IMG/VR virus record: IMGVR_UViG_3300021256_000073
Span: 39,607-103,606 of that record
Direction: 5' to 3' (one strand)
Source of the DNA: a virus
Taxonomy: Duplodnaviria; Caudoviricetes
Length of the DNA stretch: 64,000 bases
This document shows positions 1-10,846 of the stretch, in pieces; position 1 is the first letter of the stretch; each line of letters starts with the position of its first letter. The notes beneath the pieces are model-generated. The model was not told where the DNA came from, made no database searches, and saw only the letters and a list, made by a program, of their open reading frames with translations. A program made the position numbers and the translations under genes.

Positions 1-2169
1 GATAAACAACCTTATGGTTATGGTTTATATGGTTAGAATGTATTCCTAGTTGGAGAATTCTATTTAAATAATGGCCGTTCATTAGCTGATATAGGAAATG
101 ATGCTATTACTTTTGCTATAGCTGCAAGAGATGCATCGGAGCAAGGTATATATCAATTGTAGCAAGATTTAAAATCTGCCAAAACTGTACTTCAAAATAA
201 TATACAAAATGCAATTAATGAGTCTAAGTTATATACAGATGCTGGAATGCATAGAGTAGAAGATAGCTACTATAGTAAAACTTACTTAAAGACTGCAGGA
301 CTTAGTATATTTGATGCAGATGTAACAGAACAAGGTGTTACTACAAGAAGACCTGTAATGGCAATATGGGCAAACTGGATAATGATTGCCACAACATAGG
401 AAGAATTAGACGGAGTTGAAGGACATGAACCTACAGCTTTATTCCATGATGGAATAATAGATGCTAATTTTATTAGACTTTATGGAATGCATAGTAAGGA
501 ACATACCAAAGATTTCACTTATTACTTAGGAGAAGAAGTTGTAACATATGATTCTTCTGCAGACAAGTTCTATAAATAGGATAATACAGAACTAACAGTA
601 GATGAAACTACACAAGTTAAAAGAGTATATAAATATTATAAATGGGCAATAAATCCTAAGGGTGATGGTTACTTTGCATCAAATAATTTTAATTGGGATG
701 AGGAAGGTAACATTGAAATCAGAGGTATGATTACTCTTGGAGGAAGTGATGATTCAGGCAGTGTTAGGAAAAACATTCTTAGAGTTCTAAATCTAAATGG
801 TGAGGAAGTAGTTAATGTAGGAAACTATACTGCAAATAAAATACAAGATTGGCTTGAATCAAGTCCAGCACAATTCTGGAATTATGATAAAGTATTCAAT
901 ACCTCCTATGTTACTATACTGGATAAAAGTGGACTAAGTATTTCAAATCAAGTCTGTGAGTTAACATTAAAGGTAGCTAAAATATAGTATTCTTCAGTAA
1001 TATAGGCATAGTTTTATATACAGCTATTTAATGGAGATACAGCTTTTACTTCTGAAACTGTTACATTATCATAGGAATAGAGTGTTACTTTATCTAGAGA
1101 TTTAACTAACAGTGGCTAGTATGCATCTCAGACAGTTACAAGAATATTAATCCAGGTTAGGAAATATACAACCACTCCTCTTAGAACAAGAGGTATATAG
1201 GATAATGTTCCTACACCATATCCTTATGAAGATATTGTAGATGAAGACTATGAAAGTGGTAGTTCTGGAGGAGGCTCTAGTAGTGGAGGAGGTTCCGCTA
1301 TGCAATCTATTATATCAGGATATGTACAAGCTAGAGTTGCCACCACACAAAAGACTTAGATAGGTGCAGATTTCTTAGGTGTTAGTCCAGATCCTAATAC
1401 TTTCCTATGGGCAGGACAAGACTGCTTAATGCAAATTAAAGGAGGATCTCTTAGTGACCCAGGTACTGTTAAATTCTCTGGATTTTAGGTAACAAAGGAT
1501 GAAATATACTTTGCAATTGGTCAACAAATCGTAGGAGTAAGTGACTTGAGAAGTTATATAAAAACTGATACATTACATACAAGTTTGACTCTTGCATCAA
1601 TTGCTGATAGAAGAGCACAAAATATAAGTATGTCATTCAACTAGCAAACAGAAGCTGGAAGTGATGATTATAGTTTAGCAAAAGTAGAATAGGATGTTTA
1701 TTCTATTAGAAACTTAAATATGCTTATAGAGGGAAGAGTATCTAAAACATATATAGTATGGATTCGCCCATCTTCTAATATTGAACCTGGATATACAATA
1801 AGTATAAGTAATACTATAATGTAGAACCACGAAGGAACTTTCTTATTATGTTGTACAAGTGATGTCAAGACAATAACTGGCTAGCTCAGAACAATAGAAG
1901 TTCCTAGATGGTGGAATACTGATATGAGTACTAAATCAGATACTAACCCTGGAGATGAATGTAATATAAGAGTAGATTTCCCATATAGATAGGTTATTGA
2001 GTATGGTAGTGATGATTTTGGATCAGCCTATACTGAAGAAATATTTAAATATAATGTTACTTGGACAAAATTTGTACTACTTTATAAAGAAGACGACTAC
2101 CTTACTAGAACCCCTTAGGGATTTAAATTAATGTATTTAGGAAGCAATCGATGGAAACTTTTAAGATGA
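1..2169 (+). CDS. C-terminal part of a large tail fibre/spike-like virion protein (5' truncated; TAG=Gln)
   Basis: Frame 1 is open from base 1 to TGA 2167-2169 when TAG is read through, and includes track ORF 727..987. It has a GSSGGGSSSGGGS linker near 1258-1296 and beta-rich composition. Function is inferred from position and composition only. Confidence 0.6.
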
Positions 2170-2471
2170 ATATAAAGGAAAGACTATCTCTTTTACAGTT
2201 ACTTCCAACTTAGGGAAGCATTACTGAGATGGTTGATGTGTATGATTTAGCTAGGGAGCTAAAATTAAGTGATGATGAGAAGGGATTGATTAACTATTCT
2301 GAAGATGATAACAATATTAGATGGGATTCTACTAAAGACCCAAATAAAGAGATTAATATTAATTCTAGTCAATATAAGATACTTATGGAATCTATAGATA
2401 AATTAGATTCTCAAAAATAGATTCCATTATCTATGATACCACTAATTTTAAAACTAAAACACAATGGCTGA
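2166..2471 (+). CDS. Hypothetical protein, 101 aa (TAG=Gln)
   Basis: ATG 2166 overlaps the upstream TGA (ATGA). MNIKERLSLLQLLPTQGSITEMVDVY... has two in-frame TAG and ends TGA 2469-2471, overlapping the endolysin start. Confidence 0.75.
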
Positions 2472-2985
2472 TTTTAAGAAATTAATTCCACATGTACTTA
2501 AATGGGAAGGTGGATGGTCAAATGATCCAAATGATAAGGGAGGTCCTACAATGAAAGGCATTACCTTAGCCACTTACACTGCTTATCGTGCTAAGAAAGG
2601 ATTAAAAGCACCTTCACTTGCTCAATTAAAAGCTATTAGTAAAGAAGAATGGGAAGACATATTTAAGAGTATGTATTGGGATAGATGGAAGGCTGACGAG
2701 ATAAAAAGTCAATCTATTGCTAATCTAGTTGTAGATTGGTTATGGACAAGTGGTGTTTATGGCATTAAATACCCTTAGAAAGTACTTGGACTACTAGATG
2801 ATGGAGTAGTTGGACCTAAAACACTTGCAGCTATAAATGGCTATTAGAACCAAGTAGAGCTCTTTAAACTTTTATGGAAGAGACGCGAACAACACTTTAC
2901 TGCTATTGCCAACTCCCGCCCAGAGAATAAAAAGTTCTTAAAAGGATGGTTGAATCGTCTAAATGATATGAAGTATACAGATTAA
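2464..2985 (+). CDS. Endolysin, glycoside hydrolase family 108 with C-terminal peptidoglycan-binding domain, 173 aa (TAG=Gln)
   Basis: GH108 motif WEGGWSNDPNDKGGPTMKGIT. After TAG 2776 the frame continues QKVLGLLDDGVVGPKTLAAIN...KFLKGWLNRLND, the typical PG_binding_3-type tail, to TAA 2983-2985. Confidence 0.92.
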
Positions 2986-2993
2986 TAAGGAAT

Positions 2994-3061
2994 ACTCTAT
3001 GTTCAGATATGTATTATCTTAATTTTCACATATAAGATGCTGCATATTTTGAATATAGAGT
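2994..3061 (+). other. Long imperfect RNA hairpin (about 28 bp stem) between endolysin and scaffold genes
   Basis: ACTCTATGTTCAGATATGTATTATCTTA (2994-3021) pairs with 3033-3061 with four G-U pairs, one mismatch and one bulge. Confidence 0.6.
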
Positions 3062-3077
3062 TTTCTATATATATTTG
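3048..3077 (+). promoter_or_regulatory. Candidate Bacteroidota sigma-A-type promoter (-33 TTTG / -7 TAnnTTTG)
   Basis: TTTG 3048-3051 and TATATTTG 3070-3077 with an 18-nt spacer, upstream of ATG 3104. The context is AT-rich, so a chance match is possible. Confidence 0.45.
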
Positions 3078-3103
3078 TGATGTACTATAAATTAATATGA
3101 ATT

Positions 3104-4192
3104 ATGCCAATAGGAATTGATGATTTAGACTTTTATGAGGAAGAGCAGTTGCAGGAACCACCTGTAAGTGAATAGACTCCTCCTGAAACTCCTCCAGCTA
3201 GTGAGGAAAAACCATTAGATAACCAAAATAATAATACACCTCAACCTGGTGGAGCTACACCTCCTCCAGCAGCAGAGGAAGAAGATATAATTACAACATT
3301 ATTAAAAGAAAAAGGTATAAATGACCCTACAAAGATTAAATTTGAGGGAGATAATAATGAAACAGTCGACAGAGATTGGAATGACCTTTCTAGAGAAGAG
3401 CAGCTTAATATTTTAAGATAGTCAACAACTCAGACAGAGCCTCCAACAGAGGAAAACGATTTGTCAGATGAGGAGATTGAGTTCTTGAATATGTTACGTA
3501 CTAACAATTTAAGTCCAGCCCAATATTTAGAGCAGGTTAGAAATTCTGTTCAACCAGAATCTACACCAAGCTATACTGTAGATGACTTGTCAGATGATGA
3601 TTTATACGTTTTAGATTTGCAAGCTAGAGTAGAAGGTATTACTGAGGAACAGCTCGCTAAGTCACTTGAAAATGCTAAGCAAGATGAAGCTTTATTTGCT
3701 AAGCAGATGCAAGGTATCCGTAAGGAATACAAGGATTTGGAAGACCAGAATCGTCAGCAGGAAGAACTCCGTCTACAGCAACAGCAAGAAGAACAATATC
3801 AGCAATTCTCTAATACTATTCTAGGTGAGATTGACAAACTAAACTCAATCGCTGGACTAGATATAGAATTAGAACAAGACGATAAAGAACAGCTCGCCCA
3901 GTTTATCCTTGGAAGAGATGAAGCAGGCGTAAGTAATTTAGGAAAGGTACTAAACGACCCAGAATCACTAGTACTAATGGCTTGGTATGCTTTAAATGGT
4001 GACCAAGTAGTAGATGATATTACAACAATGTATCAGAATGCTCTTAAGAAAGCTAAACAAGATGCTTATAATAAGGGACTTGAAGATGGTAAGAAGGGTA
4101 TTCAACCTGGACACGTTGTTGTAACCCCACCTCAAAAGAAAGAAGAGGCTCCTAAGAAGGAGATATCTTCAATCGATGATTTGGATTTTTAA
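3104..4192 (+). CDS. Acidic scaffold-like protein upstream of MCP, 362 aa (TAG=Gln)
   Basis: ATG 3104 is in frame with track ORF 3461..4192 through two TAG. The N-terminus is Pro/Glu-rich and disordered, the middle is coiled-coil, and the gene lies immediately before MCP as in crAss-like phages. Confidence 0.75.
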
Positions 4193-4219
4193 TTTTTAAC
4201 TTAAAATAAGATTTTAATT

Positions 4220-5641
4220 ATGATTGTAGCTAATTTTGTAACAAACAGATCTACTATGTCTGAAACAAGAACCTACGAGGACTTCTATAAGTTCCTAGGT
4301 ACTCAGCCTTATAAGTTAGGCGTAGTTTCAAGACTTTACCCTGAGTTAACTGCTTCTTATCTCACAGAATCACTTAGAAACATTTTCTATCAGGATAGAA
4401 AACAAGGTAATAAGTATCAGTCAATTGACGCTATGTACTTTGAGTGGGAAGTAGAAACTAACTATATTAAGAGAGTTGAATTCGCTGCAGTTCCTGAGCA
4501 AGATGGAGCTGATGGAAGCGAAATCGTAATGGCTTTCAAAGAAAGATATTATGAGAAGTATGACATCTTCAAGATTGATGAAACAGGTCAGCAATGTTTC
4601 GTTGTAGCACGTCCAGTTCGTAAGGCTGATGATTACTGGGAAGTAACAGTTCGTCTTATTGACAATGACTATAAGTCAGTACTTGACCTTAGTGGTTGTC
4701 AGATTGGTATGACTACAAGATTCCAGTCTAACGCTATGCCTGAAATGCACGAGGAAGGTTACGTTAAGTATCAGTCTAACATTGAGAAGCATAGAAACTA
4801 CATCACAACTCACCGTGTTGATGATAGCTATTCTGCTCAGTATGGTGCTTTCGAGGACAAGTTCATTTCTATCGGTGAAGGTAAAGGTCAAGGTAATCTA
4901 ACTGAGACTATTTATAGAATGGATAAGTTAGAGAAGAACCTTCTTGACAACTTCCTATATGTAAGAAATAATGGTTTGCTTTTCAATAAGACTAACGTTG
5001 ATGTAAATGGCAAGCCAACTATTTCTGATCCAGATACAGGTCGTCCTATCTACATTGGTGATGGTATCATTCCACAGGTTGAAAGATTCGCTAGCAAGTA
5101 TGCATTCGTTAAGCTAACTATTGATGTATTCAATGTAGTTATCGCTACTTTGAATGAGAAAGCTAAGAAACCTACAGGTAACAAGTACATGTTCATCTGT
5201 AATGAAAGAATGTGGAACCTAATCCAAACTGTTCTTGGTGATTTCCTCGCTAAGTATAAGACAGAAGGAACATATATTTACAGTAAGCAAGCTAATGACT
5301 ACATTAAAGTTGGTGCTACATTTGATTCTTATGAGTATGGTGGTAACCAAATCAGCTTTAAGGTAGATAGAACATTCTCAAGAGAGTATGGATTCCAGAA
5401 AGCTTATTGCTTATGCTTAGATTTAACTGCTGATGCTACTGAGGCTGAGCCACCAATCCAGATGTTTACATTAAAGGGTGGTGACTTTATCACTAACAAA
5501 TACCTTGGTGTAGGTGGACGTAATGGACTAAGCTCTGGTGAGGTTTCAAGTCCAGTTGCTGCTTCTAAGGTTATCAACTGGGGTTACTCAGGTGTTGGTG
5601 TATTCAATCCTTACAGAAGCTTCATTCTAAGAGAAGTGTGA
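4220..5641 (+). CDS. Major capsid protein (crAss-like), 473 aa
   Basis: Size, sequence character (FEWEVETN, RNYITTHR, GDGIIPQVE), strongly biased codons, no TAG, followed by a strong hairpin, syntenic with the crAss head module. Confidence 0.88.
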   Translation: MIVANFVTNRSTMSETRTYEDFYKFLGTQPYKLGVVSRLYPELTASYLTESLRNIFYQDRKQGNKYQSIDAMYFEWEVETNYIKRVEFAAVPEQDGADGSEIVMAFKERYYEKYDIFKIDETGQQCFVVARPVRKADDYWEVTVRLIDNDYKSVLDLSGCQIGMTTRFQSNAMPEMHEEGYVKYQSNIEKHRNYITTHRVDDSYSAQYGAFEDKFISIGEGKGQGNLTETIYRMDKLEKNLLDNFLYVRNNGLLFNKTNVDVNGKPTISDPDTGRPIYIGDGIIPQVERFASKYAFVKLTIDVFNVVIATLNEKAKKPTGNKYMFICNERMWNLIQTVLGDFLAKYKTEGTYIYSKQANDYIKVGATFDSYEYGGNQISFKVDRTFSREYGFQKAYCLCLDLTADATEAEPPIQMFTLKGGDFITNKYLGVGGRNGLSSGEVSSPVAASKVINWGYSGVGVFNPYRSFILREV

Positions 5642-5662
5642 TAAATAATAGTTCGAGATAAG

Positions 5663-5700
5663 GGAAGTGGGGCTTATAATCCCCCACTTCCATATTTATA
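5663..5700 (+). terminator. Rho-independent terminator/stabilising hairpin after MCP
   Basis: Perfect 10-bp stem GGAAGTGGGG (5663-5672) / CCCCACTTCC (5682-5691) followed by an AT-rich tail. Confidence 0.75.
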
Positions 5701-5718
5701 ATTTATTCAAATGTTAAT

Positions 5719-6570
5719 ATGAGTATGCAAAAAGAAAACTACATAGTTTTACGTAGTGTTTATGGTAAAGTAGGAATAAAATATTATATACAGCCATGTA
5801 AAGATCCAAAAACAGGCAGATATCCTGATTGTGTAAAGGCTACTAATTCTTTAGGAGATTTACTTCTTACTGATGCCGAAAGAAATAGTGGAAGATACTT
5901 CGTTAAAGAGGGAGAGCAGATTATCGTTGAAGATGGAACAGTATTTAATCTTGACGATGAGATTTAGGCTGCTCAGTGGGAGGCTATCAAGCACTGTCCT
6001 CTTATTGCTCCAGAAAGATGGGCTAAAGATTCAAATGGTAACTATCTAATTGATGGTACAATGGATTGGAAAGCTAAGAAACCACGTTATGGTGTTGCTG
6101 AGCTTTATGTAGACCGTCCAGGAGAAGAAGTTAAACTACGTGTTTCTAAGAAGAAGAAGATTTTGCAGGCTTCCGACTTCATTATTAATGATGATAATGG
6201 TGTAGACGGAAGACTTACAATGGCTAAGATTTTAGGTAAAAAGATGTCAGGTCAGTCTGATGCTGATGTTGAAGATTATCTATTGCAAATAGCCGAGAAA
6301 GACCCAGATAAGATTATTAAGCTATACACAGGAGGCGATCTTACTTTACGTATTCTTCTTGTTGATGCTCGTGAGGCTGGAATCATCTTTGTACGCGACA
6401 AGATGTATTGGTACAGTGATAAAATTCTAGGTGGAACAGATGATGCAGCTATTACTTGGATGAAAAATCCAAAGAATAAAAAAATCTTAGAACTTATTAA
6501 GAAAGATACTTATCCACATTTGTACCCTGATACAGTAGATGAACCTCAGGGAAAAGATAAGGCAAAATAA
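5719..6570 (+). CDS. Conserved crAss-like protein downstream of MCP, 283 aa (TAG=Gln)
   Basis: Track ORFs 5719..5967 and 6061..6570 share a frame and join through TAG 5965. Confidence 0.8.
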
Positions 6571-6590
6571 ACTAATAAAGTTTATAAACA

Positions 6591-7676
6591 ATGACCGCAA
6601 GACAGGTTTATGAAGGAGTTTTAATTGAATTAAATAAAGTTAATGCTCCTAGCTTACTACTAGAAGATTTTAATTACTTCTTTAACAAGGCCGTTGACTA
6701 GTATGTAAATAAGCGTTACAATGCTTATGATATTAATCAGCAAACTACTGATGATGTTAGAGTTTTAAAATCTACAATAGCTCTTGAAGTTCAGAATAAC
6801 AATAATTCTAACAATGTAGATGTAACTCTGAAGGGTGCTCTTTACAATTCTATTTATGAATTTGACTTACCTTCAGATTACCTACACCTACTAAACTGCA
6901 TTTGTGAGTATAAGGTTACTAAACCATTTAAATGCTACGATGCAAATACCTATGTACAATTCCCAGCAGAGAGACTTACTGCTGATAGCTGGTCTACTGT
7001 AATTAACAACGTTTATACACGTCCTACTTATAAGAGACCATACTACTACTTGCATAACGTAAATAGAGACCTTATTTCTACTACTGCTGGAGATCCTCCT
7101 GCAACTACATATAGTGATAGTTCTGCCCATATTTACAATGGAACTAGTGGAAATTCTGTTCCACAGGGCAATATTAATATTCCTACTGACCCTTATGGTT
7201 CAGATATTACCGAAATAGGAGTATCTAATATCACTGATAAGAAAGGTAATAAGTATGTAGATCCAACCTCTGTAGATGGAGGTATTAGCAGAATAATTGA
7301 TATCAAGAATCCTAAGGGAGGTACATCAGTTCAAGCTAATGCTGTAGAAAGAGTTGGACAATTACGTTATGGTAACCCAGGTAATGTACGTATTGAAATT
7401 AGATACGGAAAAGATAACTCTCTTTTCCAGCTTGAAAGAGTTTATGTAGATTATATTAAGGCTCCTCAATATATAAGACTAACTCAAGAACAGTTAGACT
7501 TAACAGAAGATACTTCTCAAATGATGGAGTTCCCAGATTACGTATGTCAAGAGATTATTAATGAGTTGGTGCACATTGTAATGGAGAATGGTAAGGATGA
7601 CAGATTACCAGCCCATGCTCAAGTTTCTCAATCTATTGCCAATCCAACTCAGCAATAGGAACAGCCTAAGCGCTAA
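6591..7676 (+). CDS. Putative tail ring/neck protein, 361 aa (TAG=Gln)
   Basis: MTARQVYEGVLIELNKV...EFPDYVCQEIINELV; open from ATG 6591 to TAA 7674-7676 and includes ORF 7050..7658. Function is inferred from synteny. Confidence 0.65.
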
Positions 7677-7697
7677 TTTTAATTTAATTTAAAAGTT

Positions 7698-8615
7698 ATG
7701 TTTCAATTTACAACAACAACTATCTTAAATAGTCTTCAGGACTATAATGATTCTAGTAAAAACCTTATTGGTGAGGTTAAAGACGGTGCTACCGTAATTG
7801 GAATTCACATCAAGAGAGATTTTAAGTTCTTGGCCGCTAATGTTGAGGCTATTTACAAGAGAGCTGCTTATGATCCAGAAATGGCAGAAGCTACTATCGA
7901 TCTAACAGAAGTTACTGCTCCTGTAGAAGATACTACTTTCAGAATTGCAGTTTATATAAGACTTTCAGGTTCACAGAATTCATATTATGCAAATGACTTC
8001 GTTTTCAAAGGCAAGCCATTCTATATTGAGTTCCTCTGGAGAGTAGGTGAGACAGCTGCTAATGTAGCTAAGAAAGTAATCAAGGTAGCTAAGAAATATC
8101 AGCAAATGGTTTATGAATATCAGTTACTTGATATTACAGAATCAGCTGGTGTAGTAACAATCAAAGGTACAGATGAATATCAGACTCTTACTAAGGTTGA
8201 CTTAGAGAAGTTTGATGTAAATGCAGGTCCTTGGCAGGAAGGTGGACACGTTGGTGAGTTTATCCCAGTTGACACTCTTGATGAGGAAAGTGTTTATCAT
8301 ACTGGAGACGTTGTTACTCTAGTTAAGCAGGCTAAACAAGGTTTCGGTACATACCGCAACATGATTAAAGATTACAGACTTCCTACTGCTGCAAATACTC
8401 GCTGGACAAAGATTATTCAGGACGAGACTCCAGTTGTAGGTGCAAAATACAATCAGTACACTATTGTACAGTGTGTCAATAGAGGTATTATGGGTGGAGA
8501 TGCTGTTGGTGAAGTTGCTAAATCTAAGACTACTCACGTATTCTTCGTTAAGCAAGACCTAGCTACAGCTTTCGAAGCTGAACTCGCAAAGATTGGTACA
8601 GTTGAAACTGTTTGA
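7698..8615 (+). CDS. Abundant structural protein, probably auxiliary capsid protein, 305 aa
   Basis: TAG-free, MCP-like codon bias and own terminator. Position matches the auxiliary capsid gene of crAss-like phages (inference). Confidence 0.6.
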   Translation: MFQFTTTTILNSLQDYNDSSKNLIGEVKDGATVIGIHIKRDFKFLAANVEAIYKRAAYDPEMAEATIDLTEVTAPVEDTTFRIAVYIRLSGSQNSYYANDFVFKGKPFYIEFLWRVGETAANVAKKVIKVAKKYQQMVYEYQLLDITESAGVVTIKGTDEYQTLTKVDLEKFDVNAGPWQEGGHVGEFIPVDTLDEESVYHTGDVVTLVKQAKQGFGTYRNMIKDYRLPTAANTRWTKIIQDETPVVGAKYNQYTIVQCVNRGIMGGDAVGEVAKSKTTHVFFVKQDLATAFEAELAKIGTVETV

Positions 8616-8622
8616 TTTATAT

Positions 8623-8659
8623 GGGCAGGGGCTCGATTGCCCTTGCCCTTTTTTATTTT
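8623..8659 (+). terminator. Rho-independent terminator
   Basis: Stem GGGCAGGGGC (8623-8632) / GCCCTTGCCC (8639-8648) followed by TTTTTTATTTT. Confidence 0.85.
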
Positions 8660-9331
8660 ATGTATATAAAGAAATTAGCAGACGCAATATACAACGATGT
8701 TGTATCAGGTCTTTAGGGATACCATCATAACCCATCCATGTCAATGGAATAGCTGGAAGATGATGTAGTTGATGAGCGTCTTCAAATAATAAGTGAATAT
8801 ATCCATAAAGGAACACTTCCTTTTAAAGACTTATTAATAGCTATCAATTGTATTCCAGTTGATTGTAAAGACCTTGAAAAGTGTAGATGTAGAGAAACTA
8901 CAGGTACTCCTATGGCACACTTTGAAATGCCTCAAACTATAAATGGAACTCGCTCTATAGATTATATAGGCTCTATAGATAAGCAGCTTCCATTTATGTT
9001 CTATACTTCAATATATTAGAAAGACTTCTATCATAAATATAGAAAGAGAGGTAAGGATAAGCCATATGTATGGATTGATACAACTCCAAATGAAAATGGA
9101 ATGTATGATGGATACATATTTAATGCTCCTATGATTAAATAGATATCTGTAGTTGCTATATTTAAGGACCCAAGACAATTAGAAGATTATAGCTGCTGTA
9201 GTGATTTAGATGATGATAACTACTCTGCCCTTAATAATGAGATTAAGAGAAGACTTACCGAGAAGAAACTACGTTATTATCGTCAATTAGCTATGTAGCC
9301 TCAACCTAATGATCAAACTTATCAGCCATAA
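8660..9331 (+). CDS. Putative tail ring protein, 223 aa (TAG=Gln; absent from ORF track)
   Basis: MYIKKLADAIYNDVVSGLQGYHHNPSMSMEQLEDDVVDERLQII... is open to TAA 9329-9331, which overlaps the next ATG (TAATG). Confidence 0.7.
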
Positions 9332-10023
9332 TGGAAAAGTTCGGATACGCAATGTTCTTAGCTAATGAGCTTTATGATTTAGAGCTCCTTCCCGATGACT
9401 TTGAGGAAATTGGCCTGGTGGCTTTTAATAGGATTGGGAATAAAAGATAGAGATTATATAGATATTGTACTGAAGTAGATTGCAAAACTAATACTATAAA
9501 GTTACCTTGTAATTGTGATGAAATTGAAGCAATTACATATGGATTTGAAGATTGGAACTTTGTTTCTAATATGTATCCAAATGGAGATTCTTACTCTTCT
9601 TGGGTTGAAGACTATATAGAATCAAGGAAAGCATTTGAAAATCCATTATACATAAGTGGACGTTTTGTAAGATACGAAAGAGTAGGAGATACACTATATT
9701 TAGATGGAAGTTATAAAGGCAAGATATTCATTCTTTATAGAGGAGATATTCTCGATGATGATGGTCTTCCAGAAATAACAGAAGAAGAAGCCGATGCTAT
9801 AGCAGCATTTTGTGCATATACTATTAAGTTTAAGGATGCAATTAAAAATAATAATCCTAATACCATGAAGATGGCTGAATATCTTAAGAGAGAATGGCTA
9901 ACTAAATGCTCTCAAGCTAGATTACCATAGTATATATCACAGAATGAGTGGAATGAAATCCTAGATGCTAAAGTCAATTGGAATAGAAAAATTTATAATA
10001 AATCTTATAAACCTTTAAAATAA
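9331..10023 (+). CDS. Putative tail tubular/ring protein, 230 aa (TAG=Gln)
   Basis: Includes track ORF 9571..9930 (ILDDDGLPEITEEEADAIAAF). TAATG overlaps at both ends. Confidence 0.7.
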
Positions 10024-10406
10024 TGTATCAGAAAGCAATGCCTGCAGGAAGTGCAGGAATAATGGCAGCTTCCTATGGAATGGAAGCAATTTTAAGACCA
10101 GCAGAAGTAACTCCTGTAACTCCAGAAGAGCCTGTATTTACTCCTGTGGTTTATAATTTTGAATCATTTGATTCTACAGGTGCTATAAAATATGGAGAAG
10201 GTACAGTACAAACTACAGGAAATACATCAGACGGTAGAACTGAAGTTGAGGTACTAACTAATACTTCTACAGATCCAAATGCTATAGATTTTGTAGGTCT
10301 TAAATTTTGGATAAATAGTAATGCTTTAGTAAATAGCGATACTCTTTATGTTTTATATGACTCTGAAGGAAACAATACAGGAATTAAAGTAAAAGTTACA
10401 CAATGA
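10023..10406 (+). CDS. Hypothetical virion protein, 127 aa
   Basis: Intact TAG-free ORF coupled to both neighbours, with a short N-terminal segment, a Pro/Thr linker and a beta-rich domain. Confidence 0.7.
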   Translation: MYQKAMPAGSAGIMAASYGMEAILRPAEVTPVTPEEPVFTPVVYNFESFDSTGAIKYGEGTVQTTGNTSDGRTEVEVLTNTSTDPNAIDFVGLKFWINSNALVNSDTLYVLYDSEGNNTGIKVKVTQ

Positions 10407-10846
10407 ACTACGCAACAGGTTATGCATTTAATACGGATGAAATATTCGAAAACTTTCCTTATGACAAATTGCTTGTAACCTGTGATGACTGTAATATAGT
10501 AAATGGTGATTACCATAAAGATAAGTTAGTTAAGCGCGTTTTTAAGGACGCGCTTAAACTAATTTTATAGGACATTATAGAAAATAATGTTACTTTTTAG
10601 TTGCCTACAGGAAGTCGCAAAGCAGAAATACATGTGGATAATGTTCAAGGAAAGAAATTTGAAGAAGCGAGAAGACATGGTAAATGGTTAGATGTGGATT
10701 TCTTAACTTCCAACTTTACAGGTAATTTACTTGTACTAGATATGTACAGTAAAGAAGGAATGAGAAGACGTAAGCCTATCTATGTAGATAAAATTTTACG
10801 AGATAGATTAGTAGAGCTTACTAATGAAGGTAAAATGTACTGTTAA
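10403..10846 (+). CDS. IHF/HU-like protein, 147 aa (TAG=Gln)
   Basis: ATGA overlap at start. The pattern KRVFKDALKLILQDIIENNVTFQLP is HU/IHF-like (helix then strand). crAss-like phages carry paired IHF-like genes at this position. Confidence 0.6.

Noticed and set aside
1-2169. Diversity-generating retroelement target in the tail-fibre-like gene
   Set aside because: No reverse transcriptase or template/variable repeat pair is visible in the window.
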